Both the position numbers and the translations under genes were made by a program. Below, piece after piece: positions 26,546-36,536 of a stretch of DNA of 64,000 bases (the stretch's first letter is position 1; every line of letters starts with the position of its first letter). The stretch covers positions 364,274-428,273 of the forward strand of contig CAWCSM010000007.1 of the NCBI GenBank assembly GCA_963798255.1, read 5' to 3'. The notes under the pieces are model-generated. The model was not told where the DNA came from. It saw nothing but the letters and a program-made list of their open reading frames with translations, and did not search any database. This DNA is from an uncultured beta proteobacterium. GTDB taxonomy: Bacteria; Pseudomonadota; Gammaproteobacteria; Burkholderiales; Burkholderiaceae_C.

Positions 26546-27514
26546 ATGCAGGCTTTTCACTCCGATCACTTCACGCTCGCGCTGCCGCCGGGCCACAGCT
26601 TCCCGATGAGCAAGTACCGCTTGCTGCGTGAAGCAGTCGAAGGCGAGCTGCCGGCCGTCCGGGTGCACGAAGCGCAGCCGGCCAGCGACGGCGAACTGGC
26701 GTTGGTGCACGACCCGGCCTATGTCGGCGCGGTCGCCGCAGGGCAGCTGTCGTCGGCGCAGCAGCGCGAGATCGGATTTCCGTGGTCGCTGCGCATGGCC
26801 GAACGCGCACGGCGTTCGGTCGGCGCGACCATCGCTGCGGCGCGCGCAGCGCTGGCCGAGGGCGTGGGCGCGAACCTGGCCGGCGGCACGCACCATGCCT
26901 TTGCCGACCGCGGCTCGGGTTACTGCGTGTTCAACGATGTCGCGGTGGCCGCGCGGCTGATGCAGGCCGAATGGCAGCGCCGCCGGCGAACGTGGCTGCG
27001 CGTGCTGGTCATCGACCTGGACGTGCATCAGGGCAATGGCACGGCGGCCATCTTCGCCGATGACCCGACGGTGTTCACGCTGTCGCTGCACGGTGCGAAA
27101 AACTTCCCGGCGCGCAAGGAGCGCAGCGACCTCGACATCGAACTGCCCGACGGCTGCGGTGACGACGAATACCTGGCTGCGTTAGAAGCCGCACTGGCAC
27201 AAGTGGGGCAGCGCCATGCCACCGACCCCTTCGGGCTGGCGTTCTATGTCGCCGGTGCCGATCCGCACGAGGGCGATCGCCTGGGCCGCCTGAAGCTGAG
27301 CTTCGACGGCCTGGCCCGCCGCGATGCGAGAGTGTTCGACGCGTTGCGCGGGCACGGCCTTCCGGTGGCGGTGTCGATGGCCGGCGGCTATGGCCGCGAC
27401 GTGGCCAGCACCGTGGCCGTGCACCTGAAGACGCTCGAACTGGCGCTGCACAGCTGGCACGCCTGCTCGGGCCACAAAGGGGCGCTGCAACAATCACCGC
27501 TCCAGACACCATGA
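26546..27514 (+). CDS. Zn-dependent histone-deacetylase-family protein (AcuC/HDAC-like)
   Basis: GHSFPMSKY, GGTHHA, GYCVFND, DLDVHQGNG, AGADP and GGY motifs. Confidence 0.92.
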   Translation: MQAFHSDHFTLALPPGHSFPMSKYRLLREAVEGELPAVRVHEAQPASDGELALVHDPAYVGAVAAGQLSSAQQREIGFPWSLRMAERARRSVGATIAAARAALAEGVGANLAGGTHHAFADRGSGYCVFNDVAVAARLMQAEWQRRRRTWLRVLVIDLDVHQGNGTAAIFADDPTVFTLSLHGAKNFPARKERSDLDIELPDGCGDDEYLAALEAALAQVGQRHATDPFGLAFYVAGADPHEGDRLGRLKLSFDGLARRDARVFDALRGHGLPVAVSMAGGYGRDVASTVAVHLKTLELALHSWHACSGHKGALQQSPLQTP

Positions 27515-27529
27515 GTTGACCTTCGCCCC

Positions 27530-28234
27530 ATGACCGATCCCGAACTGTTGCCCAACGCGGCCGTCGTCGATGCCGCGATCGAAAGCCGTCGCTCGCTGCG
27601 CGCCTTCCTGCCCACACCCGTGTCGCGCGCGGTGGTCGAGGACATCCTGCGCGTGGCCGCGCGCGCACCTTCGGGCACCAACACGCAGCCGTGGAAGGTG
27701 ACGGTGCTGACGGGCCAGGCCAAGGCCGAGCTGTCGCGCAAGATCCTGGCGGTGCACGACGATCCGGCCGAGCTGGCGCGCCACAGCGAGGAATACGACT
27801 ACTACCCGACCGATTGGCATTCGCCCTACATCGACCGGCGCCGCAAGGTCGGCTGGGACCTGTACACGCTGCTCGGCATCGGCAAGACCGACAAGCAGCG
27901 CATGCACCGCCAGCACGGCCGCAATTACGGATTCTTCGACGCGCCGGTGGGCCTGATGTTCACCATCGACCGCACGCTGCGCCAGGGCAGCTGGCTCGAC
28001 TACGGCATGTTCTTGCAAAACATCATGGTCGCCGCGCGCGGGCGCGGCTTGCACACCTGCCCGCAGGCGGCCTTCATGCGCTTTCATCGCGTCATCACCG
28101 AACACATCGGCGCGCCGAGCGGCGACATGCTGGTGTGCGGCATGTCGATGGGCCATGCCGATGAGACGGCGATCGAGAACAGCCTGCTCACCGAGCGCGA
28201 GCCGGTGGCCGGCTTCGCCCGCTTCCTCGAATGA
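27530..28234 (+). CDS. Nitroreductase family protein
   Basis: SRRSLRAF, APSGTNTQPW, DYGMFLQNIM and GLHTCPQAA. Confidence 0.9.
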   Translation: MTDPELLPNAAVVDAAIESRRSLRAFLPTPVSRAVVEDILRVAARAPSGTNTQPWKVTVLTGQAKAELSRKILAVHDDPAELARHSEEYDYYPTDWHSPYIDRRRKVGWDLYTLLGIGKTDKQRMHRQHGRNYGFFDAPVGLMFTIDRTLRQGSWLDYGMFLQNIMVAARGRGLHTCPQAAFMRFHRVITEHIGAPSGDMLVCGMSMGHADETAIENSLLTEREPVAGFARFLE

Positions 28235-29217
28235 GCAAGCCCGCCGTGCTCGTCGCGCGCGCCGTCTTCGACGACGTGCTGCGGCGGCTGCAGCAGCACT
28301 TCGAGGTGCGGCACAACCAGGACGATGCCGTCTGGTCGCCGTCGCAGCTGATCGAGCGGCTGCAAGGCTGCCGCGGCGTGTTCGTCACCGGCACCGAAAC
28401 CGTCGATCAGTCGCTGCTCGACGCCTGCCCGCAACTGCGCGTGGTGTGCTCGATGGCGGTGGGCTACAACAACATCGATCTGGCGGCATGCACGCAGCGC
28501 GGCGTGCTGGTCAGCAACGCGCCCGGCGTGCTCACCGAGACCACCGCCGACTTCGGCTTCGGCTTGATGATGGCGGCGGCGCGGCGCATCACCGAGAGCG
28601 AACATTTCCTGCGCGCCGGGCGCTGGCGGCGTTGGGGCCACGACATGTTTGCCGGCGCCGATGTGCATGGCGCGACACTCGGCGTACTGGGCATGGGCCG
28701 CATCGGCCAGGCCATCGCCCGCCGCGGCGCCTTGGGTTTCGGCATGAAGGTCCTGTATCACAACCGCTCGCGGCTCGATGTCGATGTCGAGGCCGCAGTC
28801 AATGCGACCTGGGTGGACAAGGCGACGCTGCTGCGCGACAGCGACCACCTGGTGCTGGTGTTGCCGCACAGCGCCGGGTCGCACCATGCCATCGGCGCCG
28901 CCGAGCTGGCGCTGATGCGCCCGACCGCCACGCTCACCAACATCGCGCGTGGCGGCATCGTCGATGACCAGGCGCTGGCCGATGCGTTGCGCGAGCGTCG
29001 CATCGCCGCCGCCGGCCTCGATGTTTTCGAAGGCGAACCGGCACTGCTTCCGGCGCTGCTCGAGCTGCCCAACGTGGTGCTCACGCCGCACATTGCCAGC
29101 GCCAGCGTGCCGACGCGGCGTGCGATGGCCCACCTGGCCGCCGACAACCTGATCGCTGCACTGTGCGGGGGCACGCCGCCCACCGCGCTGAACCCGCAGG
29201 TGCTGCCACTGGCTTGA
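28231..29217 (+). CDS. D-2-hydroxyacid dehydrogenase (glyoxylate/hydroxypyruvate reductase-like)
   Basis: VGYNNID, GVLGMGRIG, NIARG, GLDVFEGEP and TPHIAS. Confidence 0.92.
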   Translation: MSKPAVLVARAVFDDVLRRLQQHFEVRHNQDDAVWSPSQLIERLQGCRGVFVTGTETVDQSLLDACPQLRVVCSMAVGYNNIDLAACTQRGVLVSNAPGVLTETTADFGFGLMMAAARRITESEHFLRAGRWRRWGHDMFAGADVHGATLGVLGMGRIGQAIARRGALGFGMKVLYHNRSRLDVDVEAAVNATWVDKATLLRDSDHLVLVLPHSAGSHHAIGAAELALMRPTATLTNIARGGIVDDQALADALRERRIAAAGLDVFEGEPALLPALLELPNVVLTPHIASASVPTRRAMAHLAADNLIAALCGGTPPTALNPQVLPLA

Positions 29218-29299
29218 TCGCGGAGAAAGGGCGGATGTGGTGGTGCGTTGCCGGCTTGCTCTGCCGTTGGCAGTGGACGCGGCGGACGACAATTCGCCA

Positions 29300-29617
29300 A
29301 TGAGATCCGGGTTGGTTGGCGTCGTGATCGGGCTTTGCTTGGTCCTTTGGGGTTGCAGCAGCGGGCCGCAAGTGCGTTCGCTGGTCGCCGCCGACGGCAT
29401 CACGGCCTACGAGCTGAGTGGCCGCGACAGCGCCGAGCTCGATGTCCAGGCGCGACGCTTGTGCACGAAGGGCTACGAGGTGCTGCGCCGCTCGGCCAGT
29501 TTCGGTTCGCAGCAGGACAGCGACGGTCAAGCCGTGGCCTGGTTGCAACCGGCCGCGGAGTGGATCAGCGGCGTGCCGCCCAACCAGGCGCAGGCCACCA
29601 TCGTCTGCCGCGCCTGA
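29300..29617 (+). CDS. Small predicted lipoprotein, unknown function
   Basis: MRSGLVGVVIGLCLVLWG-C lipobox-like signal, followed by a CTKGYEVL...ATIVC Cys pair. Fills the gap between the dehydrogenase and rmuC. Confidence 0.65.
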   Translation: MRSGLVGVVIGLCLVLWGCSSGPQVRSLVAADGITAYELSGRDSAELDVQARRLCTKGYEVLRRSASFGSQQDSDGQAVAWLQPAAEWISGVPPNQAQATIVCRA

Positions 29618-29667
29618 GGCCGTCTGGCGGCGCCGGGCCGGTGCCGGCGCGCTGAGACAATCGGTCG

Positions 29668-31092
29668 ATGGATGAATGGTGGTTGGTGCCGGCACTGCTG
29701 GCGGCGGTGCTGGTGCTGCTTGTGCTGGTGACCTGGCGCGTCTTCGTGCGGCGCGACGACCCGGCGCTGCAAGCGCTTGGCGAAGCCTTGCGCCAGCATG
29801 AGCGCGAACTGCGCAGTGAAGTGCAGAGCAGTGCCGGCGGCACACGGCAGGAACTGGCCAACACCCTGAGCTTGTTCCAGCACACGCTGCTGGCGCATGG
29901 CGGTGACGTGGCGCGCACGCAGAACGAGCAGATCGACGCCTTTCGCGCCCAACTGGGCACGCTGCAGCAGCAACTCGGTGTGGCGATGCACAGCGCGCGC
30001 GAAGCGCAGGACGCGGCGCTGCGCCGGCTCGCCGATTCGCTGGGCGAGCAACTGCGTGCGCTGTCCGATGCCAACGAGCGCCGGCTGGCCGAGGTGCGTG
30101 GCAGCGTGGAAAGCAGGCTGACGGCGCTGCAGACGGGCAACGAGGCCAAGCTCGAGCAGATGCGTGCCACCGTCGATGAAAAGCTGCAAGCCACGCTCGA
30201 GCAGCGCCTGAGTGAGAGCTTCAGGCAGGTGGCCGAGCGGCTGGAGCAGGTGCACAAGGGACTGGGCGACATGCAGCAGTTGGCCCGTGATGTCGGCACG
30301 CTCAACCGCGTGCTGACCAACGTCAAGCCACGTGGCATTTTCGGCGAGGTGCAACTGGCCGGCCTGCTCGAACAGGTGTTCACGCCCGAGCAGTACGCCA
30401 CCAACGTGGTCACCGTGCCGGGGCGCAACGAGCGCGTGGAGTTTGCGCTGCGCCTGCCCGGCCGGCGCACCGATGGCGCACCGCTGTGGCTGCCGATCGA
30501 TGCGAAGTTTCCGCGCGAGGACTACGAGCGGCTGCTCGATGCCCAGGAGCGTGCCGATCCGGTGGCGGCCGAGGCCTCGGCGCGCGCCATCGAAACGAGG
30601 CTGCGCGCCGAAGCGCGCAGCATTCGCGACAAGTACGTCGCACCGCCGCACACCACCGATTTCGCGATCCTGTTCGTGCCGACCGAAGGTCTGTACGCCG
30701 AAGCCCTGCGCCGCCCTGGCCTGGTCGAGGCGTTGCAGCGCGAGCACAAGGTCATGCTGGCCGGCCCGACCACCTTGCTCGCCACGCTGAACAGTTTGCA
30801 GATGGGCTTTCGCACGCTGGCGCTGGAGCGGCGCAGCGTCGAGGTCTGGGAGGTGCTGGGCGCGGTGAAGACCGAATTCGGCAAGTTCGGCGATGTGCTG
30901 GGCAGGACGCGCGCGAAGCTCACCCAGGCCGCCAACAGCATCGCCGATGCCGAAACCCGCAGCCGCCAGATGGGGCGCGCGCTGCGCTCGGTCGAGGCAC
31001 TGCCGGAAGCGCATGCGCAAAGAATTCTGCCCATGGACTCCACCGTGGCGGCTGAGGACGGTGCCGGGCCGGAAGCGGCGCCGTCGGCTTGA
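29668..31092 (+). CDS. rmuC: DNA recombination protein RmuC
   Basis: N-terminal TM and coiled coil, RGIFGEVQL, LPIDAKFPREDY, FAILFVPTEGLY and GPTTLLATLNSLQMGF. Confidence 0.94.
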   Translation: MDEWWLVPALLAAVLVLLVLVTWRVFVRRDDPALQALGEALRQHERELRSEVQSSAGGTRQELANTLSLFQHTLLAHGGDVARTQNEQIDAFRAQLGTLQQQLGVAMHSAREAQDAALRRLADSLGEQLRALSDANERRLAEVRGSVESRLTALQTGNEAKLEQMRATVDEKLQATLEQRLSESFRQVAERLEQVHKGLGDMQQLARDVGTLNRVLTNVKPRGIFGEVQLAGLLEQVFTPEQYATNVVTVPGRNERVEFALRLPGRRTDGAPLWLPIDAKFPREDYERLLDAQERADPVAAEASARAIETRLRAEARSIRDKYVAPPHTTDFAILFVPTEGLYAEALRRPGLVEALQREHKVMLAGPTTLLATLNSLQMGFRTLALERRSVEVWEVLGAVKTEFGKFGDVLGRTRAKLTQAANSIADAETRSRQMGRALRSVEALPEAHAQRILPMDSTVAAEDGAGPEAAPSA

Positions 31093-32294
31093 ACACAACC
31101 GAACCCGACGGCCCCCTGGCCACGCGCCGGGCGCCGCTGCTGCTGCCCTTGATCGCCGGCCAGATCGGCGTGCACGCGACCATGGCCGGGGTGCGGCTGG
31201 CCGCGCCGTTGCAGGCACTGCGTGACGGCCACAGCGCCTGGAGCGTGGGCGTGCTGCTGGCGCTGTACGCGGCGGGGCCGGTGCTGTTGTCGCTGCATGC
31301 CGGGCGCATGGCTGACCGCCTGGGCTACCACCGCCCGGTGCGCCTGGCGATCGCGCTGGCGCTGTGCGGCGCTGCGCTGGCGGTGGTCTCGACGTTGGCA
31401 CCCGGCCCGTGGCCGTTTGCCCTGTTGTGTGTGTCGGCGCTGTTCGTCGGCAGCGCCGCGAACCTCGGCCTCATCGTCGCGCAGCGCACGGCCGGTCTGG
31501 CCGCGAGCAGCACCGCCGAGCGCGTGCGCGTGTTCAGCTGGCTCGGCATCGCGCCGTCGTTGTCGAACGTCATTGGGCCGGTCACCGCGGGTTTTCTGAT
31601 CGACGCCGGCGGTTTTCGAGCGGCCTATGCGCTGATGCTGGCGCTGCCGCTGGTGTCGTGGTGGTGCGTGCACCGGGTGCCGGTCGAACCGCTGCCGGCC
31701 GCGCCGCCGCTGGGCAACGTGCGGCCGAGTTCCTGGCAATTGCTTGCGGTGCCGGGCCTGAAACGGCTGCTGTGCATCAACTGGCTGCTGTCGGCTTGTT
31801 GGGACGTGCATGCCTTCGCGGTGCCGATCCTCGGCTTCGAACGCGGCTTCAGCGCCAGCACCATCGGCCTGATCCTCGGCTCCTTCACGCTGTCGATCAG
31901 CCTCGTGCGCCTGCTCATGCCGCTGTGGGCGCATCGTCTGCGCGAAGCGCAGGTGCTGACGGCGGCGATGCTGGCCACCGGCACGGTGTTCGCGCTGTAC
32001 CCGCTGGCGCATTCTCCGTGGCTGATGGGCGGCTGCGCGCTGCTGCTGGGGCTGACGCTGGGTTCGGTGCAGCCGATGATCATGTCCACGCTGCACCACC
32101 TGACCCCGGCCGGACGCCATGGCGAGGCGATCGCGTTTCGATCGATGGTGATGAATGCCTCGAGCACGTTGATGCCGTTGACCTTCGGCGCCGCCGGCAC
32201 CGCACTGGGCGCGGCAGCGCTGTTCTGGATGGTCGGCGCCGCCGTGGCCGCCGGCTCGCGCCTGGTGCGGCGGCTGCCGCAGGTCGGACGCTAG
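31089..32294 (+). CDS. MFS transporter
   Basis: About 12 hydrophobic segments and motif A-like GRMADRLGYHR. Confidence 0.88.
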   Translation: MNTTEPDGPLATRRAPLLLPLIAGQIGVHATMAGVRLAAPLQALRDGHSAWSVGVLLALYAAGPVLLSLHAGRMADRLGYHRPVRLAIALALCGAALAVVSTLAPGPWPFALLCVSALFVGSAANLGLIVAQRTAGLAASSTAERVRVFSWLGIAPSLSNVIGPVTAGFLIDAGGFRAAYALMLALPLVSWWCVHRVPVEPLPAAPPLGNVRPSSWQLLAVPGLKRLLCINWLLSACWDVHAFAVPILGFERGFSASTIGLILGSFTLSISLVRLLMPLWAHRLREAQVLTAAMLATGTVFALYPLAHSPWLMGGCALLLGLTLGSVQPMIMSTLHHLTPAGRHGEAIAFRSMVMNASSTLMPLTFGAAGTALGAAALFWMVGAAVAAGSRLVRRLPQVGR

Positions 32295-32932
32295 AAGCGC
32301 AAGCCGCTGGCCGGGGCGGGCAGTGGCACTGGCGCTGTTGGCGCCTGCGCGCGTTCCACGGGCGCCTGCCCGGCCTCGATCCCGGGCCCAATCGCCGGCG
32401 CGGGACGCCGTGCCACCAGCGGCTCGGCCACGCCGGCCTGCCAGCTGCGTGGCAGTTGCGAATCACGCGGATAGCGGGCTGCGTCCAGATAGGCGCTCCA
32501 TTCGTCGGCCGACCAGCCACGCAGGGCTTGTTTGCCAATGGTCAAAGCCGGCACGGTGCGAAACCCCAGCGCGCGTTCAAGCGCGGCGGCATCGTCTTCG
32601 CTGACGACGCGCTTCTCGGTGAACGGAATGCCGCGCTGTTCGAGCATGCGTCGCCCGGCGTCACAGGGTGCGCAATCCGCGGTGGCGTACAGCACCACCG
32701 GATAGCGTTCGCTGGCCTGGCGCAGTTCCAGCGGCAGGCTGGCCAGCGGCGTGACTTCGGTCACCGTGCCCCCTTCGAGCGTGCTGACTTTGGCCGAGGT
32801 GCCGGCGGGCGGACGATCGGTATAGGTCACGCTGCCGTCGGCAGCGACGATCTTGTACAGCGCCAGCGACGGCGTTGCGGCCGCGGCCAGCAGCAAGGCC
32901 AGCGCGATCCGGGGCAGGGGGCTTGTGATCAC
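32291..32932 (-). CDS. Exported glutaredoxin-family protein with DUF4124-like N-terminus
   Basis: Signal peptide, LYKIVAADGSVTYTDRPP, CAPC, TVPALTIG and GWS. Confidence 0.8.
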   Translation of the reverse strand: MITSPLPRIALALLLAAAATPSLALYKIVAADGSVTYTDRPPAGTSAKVSTLEGGTVTEVTPLASLPLELRQASERYPVVLYATADCAPCDAGRRMLEQRGIPFTEKRVVSEDDAAALERALGFRTVPALTIGKQALRGWSADEWSAYLDAARYPRDSQLPRSWQAGVAEPLVARRPAPAIGPGIEAGQAPVERAQAPTAPVPLPAPASGLRF

Positions 32933-32956
32933 GGTGCTCCTTCGGCTGTCGTGGGC

Positions 32957-35005
32957 TCAGGCCAGGCCTTGTTGGCGCAGCAGGGCATCGATTTTCGGTT
33001 CACGCCCGCGAAAGGCCTTGAAATTGACGAGCGCGTCGCGGCTGCCGCCGCGTTCGAGGATCTGCTCACGGTAGCGCCGGCCGGTGTCGGCGTCGAATAT
33101 GCCGGCTTCCTCGAACGCACTCCATGCATCCGCCGACAGTACTTCAGCCCAGGCGTAGCTGTAGTAGCCGGCCGCATAGGCGCCGTCGAAGATGTGTGAA
33201 AAACTGTGCTGAAAGCGGTTGAACGTGGCCGCCGGCAGCACCGCCACCTGGCGGCGCACGTCGTCCATGATCGCCTGCAGGCGCCCGGCGGCACCCGCTT
33301 CGGTGTGCACGCGCATGTCGAACAGCGCGAATTCCATGTGACGCAGCATGCCGAGCCCGCTGTGGAAGGTCTTCGCCGCCAGCATCTTGTCGAACAGCTC
33401 GCGCGGCAGCGAGTCGCCACGGTCCACATGGCCGCTCAGGCGCGACAAGACCGGCCATTGCCAGCAGAAGTTCTCCATCAGCTGGCTGGGCAGTTCGACG
33501 GCATCCCACTCGACGCCCGAGATGCCGGCCACCGGCAACTCGTCCACCTGTGTCAGCAGCAGGTGCAACGCGTGGCCGAACTCGTGGAACAGCGTGATCA
33601 GGTCGTCGTGCGACAGCAGCGCGGGGCGGGTGCGGCCGTCGATGACTTCGGCATTGGCGAAGTTGCACACCAGGTGCGCCACCGGCAGTTGCAGCCGGCC
33701 GTCATCCGGTCGCAACCAGCGCCCTTGTGCATCGCCCATCCAGGCGCCGTCGCGCTTGCCCTCGCGTGCATGCAGGTCGAGATAGACGTGGCCGATCGTT
33801 TGGCCGCCGCGCTGGAGTTGGAAGTGCCTGACGCTGGCATGCCAGGTCGGCGCGGCTTCGGCCTCGATGCGCACATCGAACAGCCTGTGCACGATGTCGA
33901 ACAGCCCCTCGAGCACGCGCTCCAGGCCGAAGTATTCGCGCACCTGCTCGGCGCTGAAGGCGAAGCGCCGTTGGCTCAGCTGTTCGGTGGCGAACGAGAT
34001 GTCCCACGGTTCGAGCTCGGCCAGTCCCAATTCGGTGGCGGCGAACTCGCGCAACTCGGCGAGTTCGCGCAGCGCGTGCGGCCGCGCTCGTTCGGCCAGC
34101 GCATCGAGCAAGGCCAGCACCTCGCCGGTCGAGCCGGCCATCTTCGGCACCAGCGACAGCTCGGCGTAGTCGCAGCGGCCGAGCAGCGCGGCCAGTTCCT
34201 GGCGCAGTTCGACGATCTCGGCCATCGTCGCCGAGTTGTCGAACGCCGCATCGCCGAGGTCGCTGGCGCGCGTGATGTGGCCGGTGTACAGCGCGCGGCG
34301 CAGTCCGCGGTCGTGGGCTTCGCGCAGGGTCGCAAACAGGCATGGCGCCTGCAGCGTGAGTTTGTAGCCTTCGCGGCCCGCCTCGGCGGCAGCGCGGCGC
34401 GCCTCGCGCAGCACGTCGGCCGGGATGCCGGCAGCTTGTGCCTCGGTGGCGAACAGGGCAAAGGCATCGGTCGCATCGAGCACGTTCTCGGCATAACGCT
34501 GGCCGAGCTCGGCCAGACGCTCCTGAACGGCGTCGAAGCGCTCGCGCGCTGCACCTTGCAGTTCGGCACCACCGATAACGAAGTCGCGCAGCGCATGGCG
34601 CAAGGCCTGGCTTCGCGCGGGGCTGAAATGCGCTGCGGCCGGCGACTCGGCGATGCGCCGGTACTTGGCGAACAAGCGCGCGTCGGCGCCGAGACGGGTG
34701 TGGAACTGCGCCACCCTCGGCAGCATCGTGTTGAAGGCCGCACGCAATGCCGCTGTGTCCATCACTTCGTTGAGGTGGACCACCGCCTCCCAGGCGCGTG
34801 TCAGCTGTTCGACCGCTACATCGAGTTCGGCCGAGACGGCCACGTAATCGTCGGCCACGCCGCCGTCGGCGACCCGTTCCAGTGCCGCATCGGCAGCGGC
34901 CAGCAGCTGGCCGATCGCCGGTTCGACATGGGCCGGCTCGATGCGCGAGAAATCCGGCACGCCCAGGCGCTGCAACAGCGGGTTGTCCTCGTCAGGCCGC
35001 GGCAT
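32957..35005 (-). CDS. prlC: Oligopeptidase A (M3 metallopeptidase)
   Basis: NPLL start, [27 protein letters not shown] and [17 protein letters not shown]. Confidence 0.92.
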   Translation of the reverse strand: MPRPDEDNPLLQRLGVPDFSRIEPAHVEPAIGQLLAAADAALERVADGGVADDYVAVSAELDVAVEQLTRAWEAVVHLNEVMDTAALRAAFNTMLPRVAQFHTRLGADARLFAKYRRIAESPAAAHFSPARSQALRHALRDFVIGGAELQGAARERFDAVQERLAELGQRYAENVLDATDAFALFATEAQAAGIPADVLREARRAAAEAGREGYKLTLQAPCLFATLREAHDRGLRRALYTGHITRASDLGDAAFDNSATMAEIVELRQELAALLGRCDYAELSLVPKMAGSTGEVLALLDALAERARPHALRELAELREFAATELGLAELEPWDISFATEQLSQRRFAFSAEQVREYFGLERVLEGLFDIVHRLFDVRIEAEAAPTWHASVRHFQLQRGGQTIGHVYLDLHAREGKRDGAWMGDAQGRWLRPDDGRLQLPVAHLVCNFANAEVIDGRTRPALLSHDDLITLFHEFGHALHLLLTQVDELPVAGISGVEWDAVELPSQLMENFCWQWPVLSRLSGHVDRGDSLPRELFDKMLAAKTFHSGLGMLRHMEFALFDMRVHTEAGAAGRLQAIMDDVRRQVAVLPAATFNRFQHSFSHIFDGAYAAGYYSYAWAEVLSADAWSAFEEAGIFDADTGRRYREQILERGGSRDALVNFKAFRGREPKIDALLRQQGLA

Positions 35006-35843
35006 GCTCGGCCGCCTGCAGCGTGTTCATCAACAACATCGTCACCGTCATCGGTCCGACGCCGCCGGGCACCGGCGTGATCCAGCCGGCCACTTCGCGC
35101 ACTGGCGCGAAATCGACGTCGCCGCACAGCTTGCCGTGTTCGTCGCGGTTCATGCCGACGTCGATGACGATCGCGCCGGGCTTGACCATGTCCGCGGTGA
35201 CGGTGTTGCGCCGGCCGACCGCCGCCACCAACACATCGGCCGAGCGCGTGTGCGCGGCCAGGTCGGTGGTCGCACTGTGGCACACGGTGACCGTGGCATT
35301 CGCCCTCAGCAGCAGCAGCGCCATCGGTTTGCCCACCGTGTTGCTGCGGCCGATGACCACGGCGTGCTTGCCGCGCAGGCTCACGCCGGTACTGTGCAGC
35401 AGCTTCATGCAGCCGTGCGGCGTGCAGGCGATGAAGCCGTCGAGCCCCGTCAGCAGCCGGCCGGCGCTGGGCACCGAAAAGCCATCGACGTCCTTGCGCG
35501 GATCGATGGCTTCGATGACACGCTGTGCGTCGATGTGCGGCGGCAGCGGCATCTGCACCAGCACGCCGTGAACCGCCGGATCGTCATTCAACTCGGCCAC
35601 CCTGGCGAGCAGATCGGGTTCACTCAGCGTGGTCGGCTGACGGTCGAGGATCGAGCGCACGCCGCACTCTTCACTGGCCCTGACCTTGTTGCGCACGTAC
35701 ACCTGACTGGCCGGATCGTCGCCGACCAGGATCACCGCCAGACATGGTTGCACGCCACGCTGATGCAAAGCCTGCGCCCCCGCCCGCATCTCGGCGCGCA
35801 GGCTGCGCGACAACGCGTTGCCGTCAATGAGTTCAGCGGTCAT
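34992..35843 (-). CDS. folD: Methylenetetrahydrofolate dehydrogenase/cyclohydrolase
   Basis: [25 protein letters not shown] and [11 protein letters not shown]. Confidence 0.96.
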   Translation of the reverse strand: MTAELIDGNALSRSLRAEMRAGAQALHQRGVQPCLAVILVGDDPASQVYVRNKVRASEECGVRSILDRQPTTLSEPDLLARVAELNDDPAVHGVLVQMPLPPHIDAQRVIEAIDPRKDVDGFSVPSAGRLLTGLDGFIACTPHGCMKLLHSTGVSLRGKHAVVIGRSNTVGKPMALLLLRANATVTVCHSATTDLAAHTRSADVLVAAVGRRNTVTADMVKPGAIVIDVGMNRDEHGKLCGDVDFAPVREVAGWITPVPGGVGPMTVTMLLMNTLQAAEHAAA

Positions 35844-35912
35844 GGCAGTGTGCGGAGCCGGTGGGCCGCGGTGGAGCCAGGCCCCTCAGGCGGCCCGCCC
35901 GTGGCGCGGCAT

Positions 35913-36536
35913 TCAGACCTTCGACTGCGCGCCGAGCGCGATCTTCAACAGGTCGGCCACGGTGTTGGCATTCAGCTTTTCCATGATGTTGGCGCGGTGC
36001 GCCTCCACCGTCTTGATGCTGATGCCCAGGTCATCGGCGATCTGCTTGTTCAGCCGGCCGGCGACGATGCGTTCGAGCACCTGCGCTTCGCGCGTGGTCA
36101 GCCGCGCCAGCAGCGCGTCGCGACTGGCCTGCTCCTGGTGCTGCGAAAACGCACTGCGCGCGGTGTCGAGCATGCGCTCGACCAGACGCAGCAGTTCTTC
36201 TTCCTTGAACGGCTTCTCGATGAAATCCATCGCGCCCTTCTTCATCGTCGTCACTGCCATCGGCACATCGCCGTGACCGGTGATGAAGACGATCGGCAAC
36301 GGGCTCTTGCGGTCGACCAGGCGGTCCTGAAGTTCCAGCCCACTCATGCCGTCCATGCGGATGTCGGCGATCAGGCAGGCCACCTCGCGCACATCGAATC
36401 GCGACAGGAACGACTCGGCCGAATCGAAACATTTGACGCGGTAGTCCTTGCCTTCCAGCAACCACTGCAGCGAATCACGCACCGCCTCGTCGTCATCGAC
36501 GACATAGACGGTGCCCTTCTTGGGAATCAGGCTCAT
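35913..36536 (-). CDS. fixJ: FixJ/LuxR-family response regulator
   Basis: VYVVDDDEAVRDSL, ADIRMDGMSG, TGHGDVPMAV, KPF and a LuxR HTH (NKQIADDLGISIKTVEAHRANIMEKL). Confidence 0.88.
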   Translation of the reverse strand: MSLIPKKGTVYVVDDDEAVRDSLQWLLEGKDYRVKCFDSAESFLSRFDVREVACLIADIRMDGMSGLELQDRLVDRKSPLPIVFITGHGDVPMAVTTMKKGAMDFIEKPFKEEELLRLVERMLDTARSAFSQHQEQASRDALLARLTTREAQVLERIVAGRLNKQIADDLGISIKTVEAHRANIMEKLNANTVADLLKIALGAQSKV

